From Nitrospinota bacterium (GTDB lineage: Bacteria; UBA8248): a stretch of DNA of 46,890 nucleotides. The position numbers were made by a program, and so were the translations under genes. Below the pieces are notes generated by a model that saw only the letters and a list, made by a program, of their open reading frames with translations, ran no database searches and had not been told where the DNA came from. Location: the NCBI GenBank assembly GCA_030754595.1, contig JASLZZ010000038.1:1-46890 (forward strand), in the 5' to 3' direction. This document shows, one piece after another, positions 18,079 through 28,399 of this stretch (positions are counted from its first letter, which is position 1; every line of letters starts with the position of its first letter).

Positions 18079-18611
18079 TGCCCAATAACGATCAAAACAA
18101 CGGCGACGAAGAAAAACACACGTTCGCCGTCCTCGTCGAGAACAAATTCGGCGTCCTCGCCAAGGTGGCCAGTCTGTTCAGCGCCCGGGGATATAACATC
18201 GACAGTCTCTGCGTGGGAGTTACCCAGGACCCGAGCGTCTCGCGCATCACGCTGGTGACGAGCGGAGACATCAATATTCTCGAACAAATCCGCAAGCAGC
18301 TCAGCAAGCTCATCGACACGATCAAGGTCCTCGAATTGGACGATAAGGAGACCGCCGAGCGTGAACTCGTCCTCATCAAGGTCTCGGCGCCAAAGGACAA
18401 GCGCTCCGAGGTGCTTCAGATCGTCGAGATTTTCCGAGCCCGCACCATCGACATATCAAACGACGCCTTGATCATCGAAGTGACCGGGGACGAGGGAAAA
18501 ATCGGGGCCATGCTCGAACTCCTCCGCCCTTACGGCATCAAGGAAATCGCTCGAACCGGCAAGGTAGGCCTCAGCCGCGGAGCCAAGACCCTCAAGGGCC
18601 TCAAAAACTGA
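18078..18611 (+). CDS. ilvN: Acetohydroxyacid synthase small (regulatory) subunit, copy 2
   Basis: VENKFGVL..VA.LFS.RGYNIDSL, ERELVLIKV, GIKEIARTG; TGATG coupling with the upstream gene. Confidence 0.94.
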   Translation: MPNNDQNNGDEEKHTFAVLVENKFGVLAKVASLFSARGYNIDSLCVGVTQDPSVSRITLVTSGDINILEQIRKQLSKLIDTIKVLELDDKETAERELVLIKVSAPKDKRSEVLQIVEIFRARTIDISNDALIIEVTGDEGKIGAMLELLRPYGIKEIARTGKVGLSRGAKTLKGLKN

Positions 18612-18613
18612 CA

Positions 18614-19258
18614 ATGCCGCCGCAAGAATCTGCCTGGCGAATTCCCGTCGCGCGCGAGGGCTGGGGCTACTCCATCGGCCTCCTCCTAATGGGGACTGCC
18701 TCGTATCTGATGGGAGGGACGAGCTGGGCGGTTTTTTTCTTCGCCCTGGCCGTTTGTGTCATCGGATTTTTCAGGGACCCCGAGCGCCAGCCGCCCTCCG
18801 GGCCCGGCGCCGTCTCCTCGCCGGCCGACGGCCGGGTCATCACCGTCGAAAACGCCCCCGAGGGCGGGAAAATGGTGGGGATTTTCCTCTCCGTCTACGA
18901 CGTTCACATCAACCGATCTCCCGTGGCCGGGACCATCGAGGCGACGGACTACCGGCCGGGCCGGTTTCTCGCGGCTTTCAACCAGGAGGCCGCCCGAGTG
19001 AACGAGCAAAACGCTATCGACATTCAGACCGATTCGGGAGAGAATTTCCGCGTGGTCCAAATCGCGGGGCTCATCGCCCGGCGCATCGTCAGTTGGCGCG
19101 GGAAGGGCTACACCCTGGCCAGGGGCGAACGCCTTGGGCTGATTCAGTTCGGCTCCCGCACCGATCTCTATCTGCCGCCCGGCTACGAGGTACTCGTCGC
19201 CAAGGGCGATCGGGTCCGTGGAGGAGAAACCGCAGTTGCAAGACCAACTCAAGGATAA
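18614..19258 (+). CDS. psd: Phosphatidylserine decarboxylase proenzyme (short type)
   Basis: FFRDPER, SPADG, IFLSV.DVH.NR.P, QIAGLIARRI, FGSR.D cleavage motif. Confidence 0.95.
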   Translation: MPPQESAWRIPVAREGWGYSIGLLLMGTASYLMGGTSWAVFFFALAVCVIGFFRDPERQPPSGPGAVSSPADGRVITVENAPEGGKMVGIFLSVYDVHINRSPVAGTIEATDYRPGRFLAAFNQEAARVNEQNAIDIQTDSGENFRVVQIAGLIARRIVSWRGKGYTLARGERLGLIQFGSRTDLYLPPGYEVLVAKGDRVRGGETAVARPTQG

Positions 19259-20084
19259 AATCAGAACGAAGCTCGAGCGGGGCCGCCGGAGAAGAAAGCG
19301 CCGCCGCCGCCCCCATCTCAAGCGCGGCATTTACCTGCTTCCGAACCTCTTTACCACGGGGAGCCTTTTCGCCGGCTTCTACGCCATCATCGCGGCGATT
19401 CAGATGGATTTCTGGTGGGCCTCGCTGGCCATCCTCGTCTCAATCGTGTTCGACGGGCTGGACGGCGCGGTCGCCCGCCTGACGAAATCCTCGAGCCCTT
19501 TCGGGATCCAGTACGACTCGCTTTGCGACTTCGCGGCGTTCGGGATCGCACCGGCCATCCTCATCTACAACTGGGCGCTGGCCCCGTTTGGGCGAATCGG
19601 CTGGCTGGCGGTTTTCATTTTCGCTGCCTGCTCGGCCCTTCGCCTGGCGCGCTTCAACGCCTTCACCCAGACCTTGGGGCCGACAGCCGACTTCAGGGGG
19701 CTGCCCACCCCCGCGGCCGCCGGCATGATAGCCTCGTGGGTCTTTCTCGCCGAGCACTACGAACTCGGCCGCCTCGCCCCGGACACCCTCCAGGGACCCT
19801 CGTCCTACCTGCTGGCGATCATGGCCTACACACTCGCCTTCCTGATGGTGAGCACGGTTCGCTACACCAGCTTCAAGGATCTGGGAGGCCGGCTTCAGAG
19901 ACCTTTCCGCGTGCTGGTCGGCGCCGTGCTGGCGCTATTCGTTGCCGCGGCCATCCCCCAGGTCGTCGCCTTTGTCGTCATCTCGGCCTACACAGTCTCG
20001 GGGCCTTTACTCCATCTCAGGCGGGCCCGAAGGCTCGGAAAAACAGCCGCCGCCCCCGAGCCGTTGGAAGCAGATTCCGGCTAG
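19218..20084 (+). CDS. pssA: CDP-diacylglycerol--serine O-phosphatidyltransferase
   Basis: LPNLFT, DGLDG.VAR...S.FG...DSL.D, LRLARFN, F.GLP.P.AA, LMVS; follows psd. Confidence 0.95.
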   Translation: MEEKPQLQDQLKDKIRTKLERGRRRRKRRRRPHLKRGIYLLPNLFTTGSLFAGFYAIIAAIQMDFWWASLAILVSIVFDGLDGAVARLTKSSSPFGIQYDSLCDFAAFGIAPAILIYNWALAPFGRIGWLAVFIFAACSALRLARFNAFTQTLGPTADFRGLPTPAAAGMIASWVFLAEHYELGRLAPDTLQGPSSYLLAIMAYTLAFLMVSTVRYTSFKDLGGRLQRPFRVLVGAVLALFVAAAIPQVVAFVVISAYTVSGPLLHLRRARRLGKTAAAPEPLEADSG

Positions 20085-20095
20085 AGGGCGATTCA

Positions 20096-20124
20096 TTGCC
20101 AACTCCGCTCGGAGAAGGCATAAT
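20096..20124 (+). promoter_or_regulatory. Putative sigma-70 promoter of lptD
   Basis: TTGCCA-17 bp-CATAAT; supports the ATG at 20209. Confidence 0.55.
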
Positions 20125-20208
20125 TTACCCGTAATTTCATCTGAAAAACCTCAAACGGCGGACTGTAATTCGCCCCTCCGCCGTCCGCCCCGATCGGCCC
20201 AAGGAAGA

Positions 20209-22554
20209 ATGAGCCGCTACCCGTTGAGATCGACCTTGTTTTTTTTGTGCCCGCTTTTTTCCGGGTTGCTTGCCTGCTTTATTTGGGCGGCTACACTCCC
20301 CCCCGCCGCGGCCCAGGAGCGGGGAGGGGGCCAGACGCCTTCGCTGGGCTTCGCGCCGCGGCCCGAGAAATCGGCCCCCGACAAGGAACTCCGTTTTCTG
20401 CGGGACTCCACCGCCGCCGCGGCCATTTCGGCCGACGAACTCCTTGAAGACAGGGAGCGCAAACGCGTCATCGGCCGCGGATTCGCCGACCTTCGTTTTT
20501 TGGGGAAGCGCGTTCAGGCCGACCACATCGAAGTGCAAACCGAAACGCGAGACGCCGTCGCCACAGGAAACATCATCTTTCAGGCCGGCAGCGACCGTAT
20601 CGTCGGCAGCCGGATCGATTTCAACCTCGACAGCGAAAGGCTTGTAATCTACGACGCCAAGGGCTACCTCGGCGCCACCTACTACATTACCGGCAACGTC
20701 GTCCGGCGCATCTCCGTGGATCGTTACGAGGTCATCGACGGCACATTCACCACCTGCGAGGGCGACAAGCCCGACTGGGCATTCCACTCCAGGAAATCCA
20801 CCTTTCAGATCGAGGGATATGCCCACCTTCAAGCCCCCCTGCTCTCCCTTCGGGGGGTCCCGGCGGCGGCCTTTCCCTATGCAATCTTTCCGATCAAGTC
20901 GAAGCGGGAGACGGGGTTCCTCATTCCCACCATCGGTTCCGGCAACAGAAACGGTCTTGAATTCTCTCCTCGATTTTTCTGGGCCACCAACAAATGGTCT
21001 GACGCGACCTTCGGGGTCGATTATTATGAAAAACGAGGCTCCCGCTACCTCGGCGAGTATCGATACATCTTGAGCAAGGATACCGCCGGCCAATTCAACA
21101 CCACCTACTTCAAGGACAAGCTCGAAAAAACCACCCTTTGGGACTTCAACGGCAGGCATCGCTCCAGACTGCCGGGCGGTTGGGGTTTCAGCGCCGTGAC
21201 GGACTTCGCCTCCCGGAAAAACGATGACCGCTCCCTCGAGAGGAATCTCAACGATCGCGTCCGCCAGGACACCGACACGCGCCTGGAACTCACCCCCAAC
21301 CTAAAGGGGATTCCCGGCAGCCTTCGCGTCGCTATGAGGCGCCGTGAGGGGCTCCGGGAAAACGACGGCGATTTATTTCAAAAATTTCCCCACATCACCT
21401 TAGATGTAAGCCAGTCCCAGATTGGATCAAGCGAATTTCGCTATAGCCTCGGATCATCGGCCACCTCCTTCTACCGGGTCCAGAATAAAAAAACGACCGT
21501 TCTGCAGCGCTTCGACGCGGCCCCTTCGGTGTCCCTGCCGGTTCAAACCGTTCCCTGGCTCGGGATCACCGCCAACTTCGGCCTTCGGTACACCTACTGG
21601 ACGGACCAAAAACGCACCCCCGATGTACCGGGCAACCCCAGCCGAGACGACCTAAAACAATCGCCCCTCTCGCGGGAGATGTGGTTCTCCTCCCTCGGCG
21701 TCGCCGGTCCGCGCTTCAGCCGTGTTTACAACGGCGGATTCGGGCCTTTCCGGGACCTCAAACATATCCTTTCGTTCCAAACGACTTATTCCTACGCGCC
21801 CGCCAGGGACTCGAGGGACCGAAAGCTCATCATCCCCATCGACAGCGTGGATTCCTTCAACGATCAGAACTCCGTCTCCTACGGAATCGTTAACCGTGTG
21901 CTGACAAAGCTGAAAACGGGAGAGGGCTTCGAGACGCGCCAGCTATTCACCGCCAGCCTTAAGCAGTCCGCCAATATCGCCGAAGCCCGGCGGGAGCAAA
22001 ACCTGAGCGCCAATCCTCGGCAGCCTTTCGGAGATGTCGTGATGAACATTCAATCCAGGCCGATTTCCTTGATTCGCTTCACCCACGAAGCAATCTACGA
22101 CCCTTACGAACATGAAATCGACGAGCAAACGACCGGCCTTCTCCTCGAAGGGGGAAGAAACTGGTATTTCGGCCTAGACCGCACCTGGAGGCGCAAGCGG
22201 AGCCGGGGAAGAGACCCCCAAAGCGGAAGAAGCGACCTCAACTTCTCCGCGGGATACGCCTTGACTCGCCGATGGTTCCTCGAGTATCTCACGCGGCTCA
22301 ACAATGTCCGGAACATCACCCTTCAGCAAAGCGTCATCCTCCGGTACGACGGCTGCTGCTGGGGCTTCAATCTCACGTTCAACGACAACAAGGATATTAG
22401 CGAGGTATTTTTCACCTTCACCATGCGAGGACTTTTAGAGGGCGAAAGAGCCCCAACATTCAAGCGCCGCCAGAAAGTCTACAAATATGGCCGATTCTTC
22501 GAGAGAGGACCACTTACCCCATATCAATTCACCGAGCCTTCGCCGGACAAATAG
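20209..22554 (+). CDS. lptD: LPS-assembly outer membrane protein LptD
   Basis: Signal peptide, OstA-like N-domain, FTTC...P.W, R.TGFL.P..G, G.EYRY, terminal Y..CCW. Start chosen at ATG 20209. Confidence 0.9.
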   Translation: MSRYPLRSTLFFLCPLFSGLLACFIWAATLPPAAAQERGGGQTPSLGFAPRPEKSAPDKELRFLRDSTAAAAISADELLEDRERKRVIGRGFADLRFLGKRVQADHIEVQTETRDAVATGNIIFQAGSDRIVGSRIDFNLDSERLVIYDAKGYLGATYYITGNVVRRISVDRYEVIDGTFTTCEGDKPDWAFHSRKSTFQIEGYAHLQAPLLSLRGVPAAAFPYAIFPIKSKRETGFLIPTIGSGNRNGLEFSPRFFWATNKWSDATFGVDYYEKRGSRYLGEYRYILSKDTAGQFNTTYFKDKLEKTTLWDFNGRHRSRLPGGWGFSAVTDFASRKNDDRSLERNLNDRVRQDTDTRLELTPNLKGIPGSLRVAMRRREGLRENDGDLFQKFPHITLDVSQSQIGSSEFRYSLGSSATSFYRVQNKKTTVLQRFDAAPSVSLPVQTVPWLGITANFGLRYTYWTDQKRTPDVPGNPSRDDLKQSPLSREMWFSSLGVAGPRFSRVYNGGFGPFRDLKHILSFQTTYSYAPARDSRDRKLIIPIDSVDSFNDQNSVSYGIVNRVLTKLKTGEGFETRQLFTASLKQSANIAEARREQNLSANPRQPFGDVVMNIQSRPISLIRFTHEAIYDPYEHEIDEQTTGLLLEGGRNWYFGLDRTWRRKRSRGRDPQSGRSDLNFSAGYALTRRWFLEYLTRLNNVRNITLQQSVILRYDGCCWGFNLTFNDNKDISEVFFTFTMRGLLEGERAPTFKRRQKVYKYGRFFERGPLTPYQFTEPSPDK

Positions 22555-22660
22555 GATGGTTTCGATTCCCCTAATATCCGGAATTTCGGGAAGCTCACAG
22601 GACCGGAATTAGGTTTCATTGCCCTATCAACAAGGCGGTCCACCAAGAAGAAAGGTTTCC

Positions 22661-23620
22661 ATGAGAATTGTCGTAACGGGCGGCGCGGGCTTCATCGGCT
22701 CACACCTATGCGATGCACTCCTGGACCGCGGCGATGAAGTCGTTTGCGTGGATAATTTCCTCACCGGGAGACGGGCCCATTACGATGATCTTCTGGCGCT
22801 CCGCGGCGAGCTGCTCACTCTCATTGAGCACAACATGAGCAATCATATTCAAGTGGACGGACCCGTGGACGCAATATTTCACCTGGCCAGCCCCGCCAGC
22901 CCGATTGATTATCTCAAGTACCCCATTCAGACCCTGAAGGTCGGAGCGCTCGGCACCCACAACGCCCTCGGCCTCGCCCTCGCGAAGGACGCCCGGTTTT
23001 TGCTCGCCTCCACTTCCGAGGTTTACGGCAATCCCGAGATCCACCCCCAGCCCGAGTCGTATTGGGGAAACGTCAACCCAATCGGCCCGCGCGGGGTCTA
23101 CGACGAGGGAAAACGATTCGCCGAGGCCATCACGATGGCCTACCACCGCGCCCACGGCGTAGGTATCCACATTGTCCGGATATTCAACACCTACGGGCCC
23201 CGGATGCGGCTCATGGACGGTCGCGCTATTCCCGCCTTCCTGTGCCAGGCGCTGCGGAACGAACCGATGACGATTTTCGGGGACGGGTCCCAGACCCGGA
23301 GTTTTTGCTACGTCTCGGACCTGGTGCGAGGCCTGCTTCTTTTGATGGACAGCGACCTGACCGAACCCGTGAACATCGGCAACCCGGTGGAGATGACCAT
23401 TCTAGAGCTTGCAGAGCGAATCAAGGAGATTACAGGCTCCTCGGCTCCCATAGAATTTCATCCGCTTCCAGTTGACGACCCCAAAATCCGCAAACCCGAT
23501 ATCCAGCGCGCCAAGGAACTCCTCGCCTGGGAACCCAAAACAACGCTGGATGAGGGCATTCGCAACACCATTTCGGACTTTCGCCGGCGCCTCGATCAAA
23601 GAGAAGGGAGCGCCTCTTGA
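22661..23620 (+). CDS. UDP-glucuronate decarboxylase family (extended SDR)
   Basis: [53 protein letters not shown]. Confidence 0.93.
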   Translation: MRIVVTGGAGFIGSHLCDALLDRGDEVVCVDNFLTGRRAHYDDLLALRGELLTLIEHNMSNHIQVDGPVDAIFHLASPASPIDYLKYPIQTLKVGALGTHNALGLALAKDARFLLASTSEVYGNPEIHPQPESYWGNVNPIGPRGVYDEGKRFAEAITMAYHRAHGVGIHIVRIFNTYGPRMRLMDGRAIPAFLCQALRNEPMTIFGDGSQTRSFCYVSDLVRGLLLLMDSDLTEPVNIGNPVEMTILELAERIKEITGSSAPIEFHPLPVDDPKIRKPDIQRAKELLAWEPKTTLDEGIRNTISDFRRRLDQREGSAS

Positions 23621-24312
23621 CGAGAGGGCTCTCCATCAAATTCTGGTCCGATTCCGAGCGGCCCCGAGAGCGGCTCCTCGAAAGGGGCGGAGACGCCGTC
23701 AGCGACGCCCAACTTCTGGCCATTCTCCTTAGAACGGGAGATCAGGGGATATCAGCCCTCGACCCCGCTATTCAGTTGATCGATAGGTTCGGCGGGTTCG
23801 AGGGAATTGATCGCGCCTCGGTCCCCGAGCTTACCGAGCTAAAAGGAATGGGTCCCGCTAAGTCCGCCCAGGTCAAGGCCGCCCTTGAAATCTCCCGGAG
23901 GACCGGGCGAAACGATGAGATTAATAAAACTGCGTTTCACTGCGGGTCGGATGTCCACCGGTTTTTCTCGCCGACAATGGCGAGCCTTGCGCATGAGGAA
24001 TTCCGGGTTCTCCTCCTCGACACAAAACACCGCCTGATGCGGGAAGTACCTGTCTCGCGGGGCACTTTGTCCGGGACAGCCGTTGACCCGCGCGAGGTGT
24101 ATACCGATGCGATCCGCGAAAAGGCGGCGGCCTTCGTCTGTGGCCACAATCACCCCAGCGGAGATCCATCCCCCTCTCCCGAGGACCACGCCCTGACCGC
24201 GCGTCTCCGCGAATCGGGCTGGATTGTGGGGATTCCGCTTTTGGACCATGTTATTGTGGGCCGCCAGGGGTATTTCAGATACGACGAAGAAGATTGGCCC
24301 ACCTTGAAATGA
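23617..24312 (+). CDS. radC: RadC/UPF0758 JAB-domain protein
   Basis: [40 protein letters not shown]. Confidence 0.95.
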   Translation: MTRGLSIKFWSDSERPRERLLERGGDAVSDAQLLAILLRTGDQGISALDPAIQLIDRFGGFEGIDRASVPELTELKGMGPAKSAQVKAALEISRRTGRNDEINKTAFHCGSDVHRFFSPTMASLAHEEFRVLLLDTKHRLMREVPVSRGTLSGTAVDPREVYTDAIREKAAAFVCGHNHPSGDPSPSPEDHALTARLRESGWIVGIPLLDHVIVGRQGYFRYDEEDWPTLK

Positions 24313-24409
24313 GAATTGAAGATCGGCTAGATTGCCCACTGCCGCCCGCGCCAACGCCATTTCCGCTCATAGCCGATGCCGGCCGGTTGGCCAGGTTGCG
24401 AGGTGCCGA

Positions 24410-24991
24410 GTGAAATTTTCCGCCGACGAGTTCCTGGCGGACCGCGCCCAAAAATTTAAAGCCACTTCGAGCAGCCCCTTTCCCACCCAGGTCGAGGCGA
24501 TAACGGCCGCCGTCCTTCGCTGCCTCGAGTCGGGCGGGAAAATTCTCGTCTTCGGCAACGGGGGAAGCGCCGCCCTGGCCACCCACTTCTCGGGAGAGTT
24601 GGTCGGTCGTTTTCTCGGCGAGCGGCGCCCTCTTTCGGCCATCTCTCTCACTACGGATACGAGCGCGCTCACCGCCATCGGAAACGATTATAACTACCTG
24701 AGTATCTTCTCCCGTCAAATAGAGGCCTTGGGGCGGACGGGCGATCTCGCCCTGGGACTGACCACGAGCGGAAAATCGGGAAGCCTGGTTCCAGCTTTCA
24801 AGAGGGCGCGGGAACTGGGTATCGACTCCGCGGTCTTGTCGGGAAAGACGGGCGGGCCCGCCGCCGAGGCGGCAGATATCGCTGCGATAGTTCCCTCGGA
24901 GGAAACCGATTTTATCCAGGAGGCCCAGGAAGCGGCCATCCACTATATGTGCCACAAGATTGATGCCCTTTTTTGCGAGGGTCCCGAATAA
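24410..24991 (+). CDS. gmhA: D-sedoheptulose 7-phosphate isomerase
   Basis: FGNGGSAA.A.H..E..GRF..ER, TA.GND, TSG.S, IQE. GTG start at 24410 is uncertain. Confidence 0.92.
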   Translation: MKFSADEFLADRAQKFKATSSSPFPTQVEAITAAVLRCLESGGKILVFGNGGSAALATHFSGELVGRFLGERRPLSAISLTTDTSALTAIGNDYNYLSIFSRQIEALGRTGDLALGLTTSGKSGSLVPAFKRARELGIDSAVLSGKTGGPAAEAADIAAIVPSEETDFIQEAQEAAIHYMCHKIDALFCEGPE

Positions 24992-26457
24992 TGAACGATT
25001 TACTCTCCCGCCTGATCGGGGGAAATCCCGAAATTCTCGTAGCGGGGGACTTGATCCTCGATCGGTATGTTTGGGGGGAGGTCGACCGCATTTCGCCAGA
25101 GGCGCCCGTCCAGGTTCTCAGGTGGGAGCGGGAGGAGGAGACCCTCGGCGGGGCGGCCAACGTGGCTCAAAATCTCGCCTCCCTGGGCTGCTCCGTCCGC
25201 CTGATGGGCCTGCTCGGGGAAGACGAGGAGGGCGACCGCCTCGAAGCGCTGGCCAGGCAAGCGGGGATGGACGTGGGGCTCATTCGGCGGCATCCGGGAA
25301 GGCCGACGGTATCGAAAACCCGGTTCATCGGAAGAAATCAACAGATACTCCGGGTGGACCGCGAGGAGGCGCCGCCTCATTCCCCCGAAGCTGAAAAAGA
25401 GATGTCCGCCCAGCTCCCCGGGGCCCTGGGCGGCGGCGCGGGGGTTATCTGCTCGGACTACCTCAAGGGAGCCCTCACGCCGGCGTTCATGGAAAAACTC
25501 GTCGCGGCCGCGGGCGAGCGCGGTCTTCCGGTTATCACCGATCCCAAGGGGGCCGATTACACGAAGTACCGGGGAGTCACGGCCCTTACCCCCAACCTTG
25601 CCGAGGTGGCGCAGGCGACGGGCGTCACCCTCGACAGCGAGGAGGCCATCGACCGCGCCGCGCGGGCGATGTACGAGGAGCTAGCGCCCGAGTTTATCCT
25701 CGTAACCAGGGGTGCGGGGGGGATGACTCTCTACGGCAAGGAGGGCCGTCTCTCAAGCGAGGCCTCAAACGCGCTCGAGGTCTACGATGTGACGGGAGCG
25801 GGCGACACGGCGACGGCTCTTTTCGGTCTCGCCCTGGTTCAGGAAATCCCCGCCGCCGACGCCGCCCGGATTGCCAATCTGGGTGCGGGAATCGTCGTCG
25901 GAAAGGTAGGCGCGGCTCCGCTTGACCCGGGGGAGCTCGAGTCCGCCCTCTCGGGCGAGGGCAAACAGAAAATTTTCAGCCGCCCGGGCCTCGAAAAACG
26001 CCTTCAGACGGATCGGGCCAAGGGCCGCGAAGTGGTATTCACGAATGGTTGCTTCGACCTCATGCATGTGGGACACATCCAGTATCTTCAGCAGGCGAAG
26101 GAGCTGGGAGATATCCTGGTCATCGGCCTGAACGACGACGCCTCCGTCCGGCGGGTGAAGGGCGAGGGACGCCCCCTGATCGAAGAGCGGCAAAGGGCCC
26201 AACTGCTGGCCGCTCTCGGGTGCGTGGATTACGTCGTATTCTTCCCGGAGGACACCCCCGAGGAGTTGATCCGGGCGGTTCGGCCCGACATTCTGGTGAA
26301 GGGCGGCGACTACGCGCCCGAGGATGTCGTCGGCCGCGAACAGGTGGAATCCAGCGGGGGCCGCGTCGAAGTGCTCCCCTTCGTGGACGGCGTTTCGACC
26401 ACCCGCATCGTCAACACCATAATCGAACGCTACAGCGGGGATAAGTACCAGGCATGA
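24991..26457 (+). CDS. hldE: Bifunctional heptose 7-phosphate kinase / heptose 1-phosphate adenylyltransferase
   Basis: RISPEAPV, GGAANVA, DVTGAGDT (PfkB domain) plus FTNGCFDL.H.GH, KG..RP, LVKGGDY. Confidence 0.96.
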   Translation: MNDLLSRLIGGNPEILVAGDLILDRYVWGEVDRISPEAPVQVLRWEREEETLGGAANVAQNLASLGCSVRLMGLLGEDEEGDRLEALARQAGMDVGLIRRHPGRPTVSKTRFIGRNQQILRVDREEAPPHSPEAEKEMSAQLPGALGGGAGVICSDYLKGALTPAFMEKLVAAAGERGLPVITDPKGADYTKYRGVTALTPNLAEVAQATGVTLDSEEAIDRAARAMYEELAPEFILVTRGAGGMTLYGKEGRLSSEASNALEVYDVTGAGDTATALFGLALVQEIPAADAARIANLGAGIVVGKVGAAPLDPGELESALSGEGKQKIFSRPGLEKRLQTDRAKGREVVFTNGCFDLMHVGHIQYLQQAKELGDILVIGLNDDASVRRVKGEGRPLIEERQRAQLLAALGCVDYVVFFPEDTPEELIRAVRPDILVKGGDYAPEDVVGREQVESSGGRVEVLPFVDGVSTTRIVNTIIERYSGDKYQA

Positions 26458-27482
26458 CTCCCGAAAATAACGCTGACGCCCCGGCCAACGCTACCCGCGA
26501 CCCGGTCGTCGTTACCGGCGCAGCGGGCTTCATCGGGGCGCGGCTGGCTTCGCGGCTGACCGGCGAGGGCGAAAAGGTCGTCGCCGTGGACGAGCGGCGC
26601 CACTTCGACGACCGGCCCGAGATCGCGGCCATCCACCGCGAAGGGGCTCCCGAGCTCATCATCGAAACGGGGGAGCTCATGGACTGGCTCCGAGATTCGC
26701 CCCGCATTTCGGGAATCATCCACCTGGGCGCTTGCACCGACACGACCGAGTACAACGAGACGCTACTCGAGCGCACGAACACGGACTACTCGCGCCGCCT
26801 CTGGGAGGCCGCCGCCAGGCTCGGCGCCCCCTTCCTTTACGCGAGCAGCGCCGCCGTCTACGGGGACGGCTCGAAGGGCTACGACGACCGGACCCCGCCC
26901 GAGGCGCTCACCTCCCTCAACCCCTACGGGGAATCGAAGCGCCGCTTCGATATCTGGGCGCTGAACGAAGGATCAAAGACCCCTCCCCCGGCCTGGGCCG
27001 GATTCCGGTTTTTCAATGTCTACGGATTCGGCGAGGCGCATAAGAAAAAAATGTCGAGTGTGCTATATCAGGCCTTCGTTCAGATTCTCGAGCAGGGCGA
27101 GGTCCGCCTCTTCCGCTCCCACAGGGAGGGGATCGCCGACGGTCATCAACGCCGCGATTTCATCCACGTCGAGGACGTGGTGGACGCCCTCGCGCACACC
27201 TGGCGAAATGGGCTGCCAGATGGCATATACAACTTGGGGACCGGCCGGGCGCGCACATTTCTCGACCTCGCCAACGCGGTCTTCGCCGCGATGGACTGGG
27301 AGCCCCGGATCAGATTTATCGACACTCCCGCTCAAATTCGCCCGCGGTATCAGTACTTCACCGAGGCGAGGATGGATAAGCTAACGGAAAGCGGCTACGG
27401 CGCCTCCTTCACGCCTCTCGAAGAGGGTGCGGAGCGCTACTGGAAGCGCCTGAAGGAAGTGATGTTGACCCAGGGCACCTGA
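26454..27482 (+). CDS. hldD: ADP-L-glycero-D-manno-heptose 6-epimerase
   Basis: GAAGFIG, HLGAC.DTT, YASSAA.YG, LN.YG.SK, FFNVYG..E.HK..M.S, YQYFT.A. Confidence 0.93.
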   Translation: MTPENNADAPANATRDPVVVTGAAGFIGARLASRLTGEGEKVVAVDERRHFDDRPEIAAIHREGAPELIIETGELMDWLRDSPRISGIIHLGACTDTTEYNETLLERTNTDYSRRLWEAAARLGAPFLYASSAAVYGDGSKGYDDRTPPEALTSLNPYGESKRRFDIWALNEGSKTPPPAWAGFRFFNVYGFGEAHKKKMSSVLYQAFVQILEQGEVRLFRSHREGIADGHQRRDFIHVEDVVDALAHTWRNGLPDGIYNLGTGRARTFLDLANAVFAAMDWEPRIRFIDTPAQIRPRYQYFTEARMDKLTESGYGASFTPLEEGAERYWKRLKEVMLTQGT

Positions 27483-27562
27483 GGGCCGTATATCCCAGGC
27501 GAGCAACGCGGCAAACAAACTCAAACGATCCGCTCCACCGCCCCTCGAAGGAAACCAAGCCA

Positions 27563-28399
27563 TTGGAAATCGCTCTACTCGGAAGCGGCAGCCAGGGGAA
27601 CTCGGTCCTCGTTCGATCGGCTGATTCGGTGCTCTTGATCGACGCCGGTCTTAGCGCGAAGGAAACCACCGCCCGCCTCGCAAAGGTCGGGGTTTCGCCC
27701 TCCGAGCTGCTGGGGATCGTCCTGACCCACGAGCACTCCGATCACATTCGCGGGGTAGGTCCGATGGCCAGGCGCTGGGGACTGCCTGTCTGGACGAACG
27801 AAGGGACCCTCGAAGCGGGAAAAGCCAGCCTTGGCGCCCTTCCCCACTGGGGGTCCGTCGAAATCGGGGTTCCTTTCGAAATCGGCGACATCTGGCTCGA
27901 ACCCTTCAGCATCCCGCACGACGCGGCCGACCCGTTCGGACTCACCGTAGAATCAAGCCAGGGCTACCACGTTGGAATCGCAACCGACATGGGATTCGTC
28001 ACACAACTCGTCCGATCGCGCCTGGCAGGCGTTCAGGGACTCGTCCTCGAATTCAACCACGACCTGCCGATGCTTTTGGACGGACCCTACCCTTGGCCGA
28101 TCAAGCAGCGCATCCGCGGGAAACTGGGCCATTTGAACAACAGGGACGCGGCCGGCCTTCTCGGAGAGGTCGCATCCCCGGATCTCGAATGGGTGATTTG
28201 CGCACATATGAGCCAGGAAAACAACGAAAAGGAAATTATTGTCCACGAAGCCCGCGGGGCTCTCGCCGGCGCCTCCAGTCTGCTGAGCCGCCCCTCCATG
28301 GCTTTGCTCCATGTGGCGTCGCAACTCGAGCCGACCCCTCTTTTCGGGTCGGCCGGGCAATTCTCTTTTGGTCAGGACAACGGGGAGGACCAGCCGTGA
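27563..28399 (+). CDS. MBL-fold metallo-hydrolase (YycJ/WalJ-like)
   Basis: GSGS.GN, IDAG, THEHSDH, PHDAADP, E.NHD..ML..GPYP...K.RI...GHL.N. Confidence 0.9.
   Translation: MEIALLGSGSQGNSVLVRSADSVLLIDAGLSAKETTARLAKVGVSPSELLGIVLTHEHSDHIRGVGPMARRWGLPVWTNEGTLEAGKASLGALPHWGSVEIGVPFEIGDIWLEPFSIPHDAADPFGLTVESSQGYHVGIATDMGFVTQLVRSRLAGVQGLVLEFNHDLPMLLDGPYPWPIKQRIRGKLGHLNNRDAAGLLGEVASPDLEWVICAHMSQENNEKEIIVHEARGALAGASSLLSRPSMALLHVASQLEPTPLFGSAGQFSFGQDNGEDQP

Noticed and set aside
23617..24312. radC as a mobile-element or anti-defence JAB gene
   Set aside because: It is the full-length chromosomal type with the N-terminal HhH region, lying among housekeeping genes.
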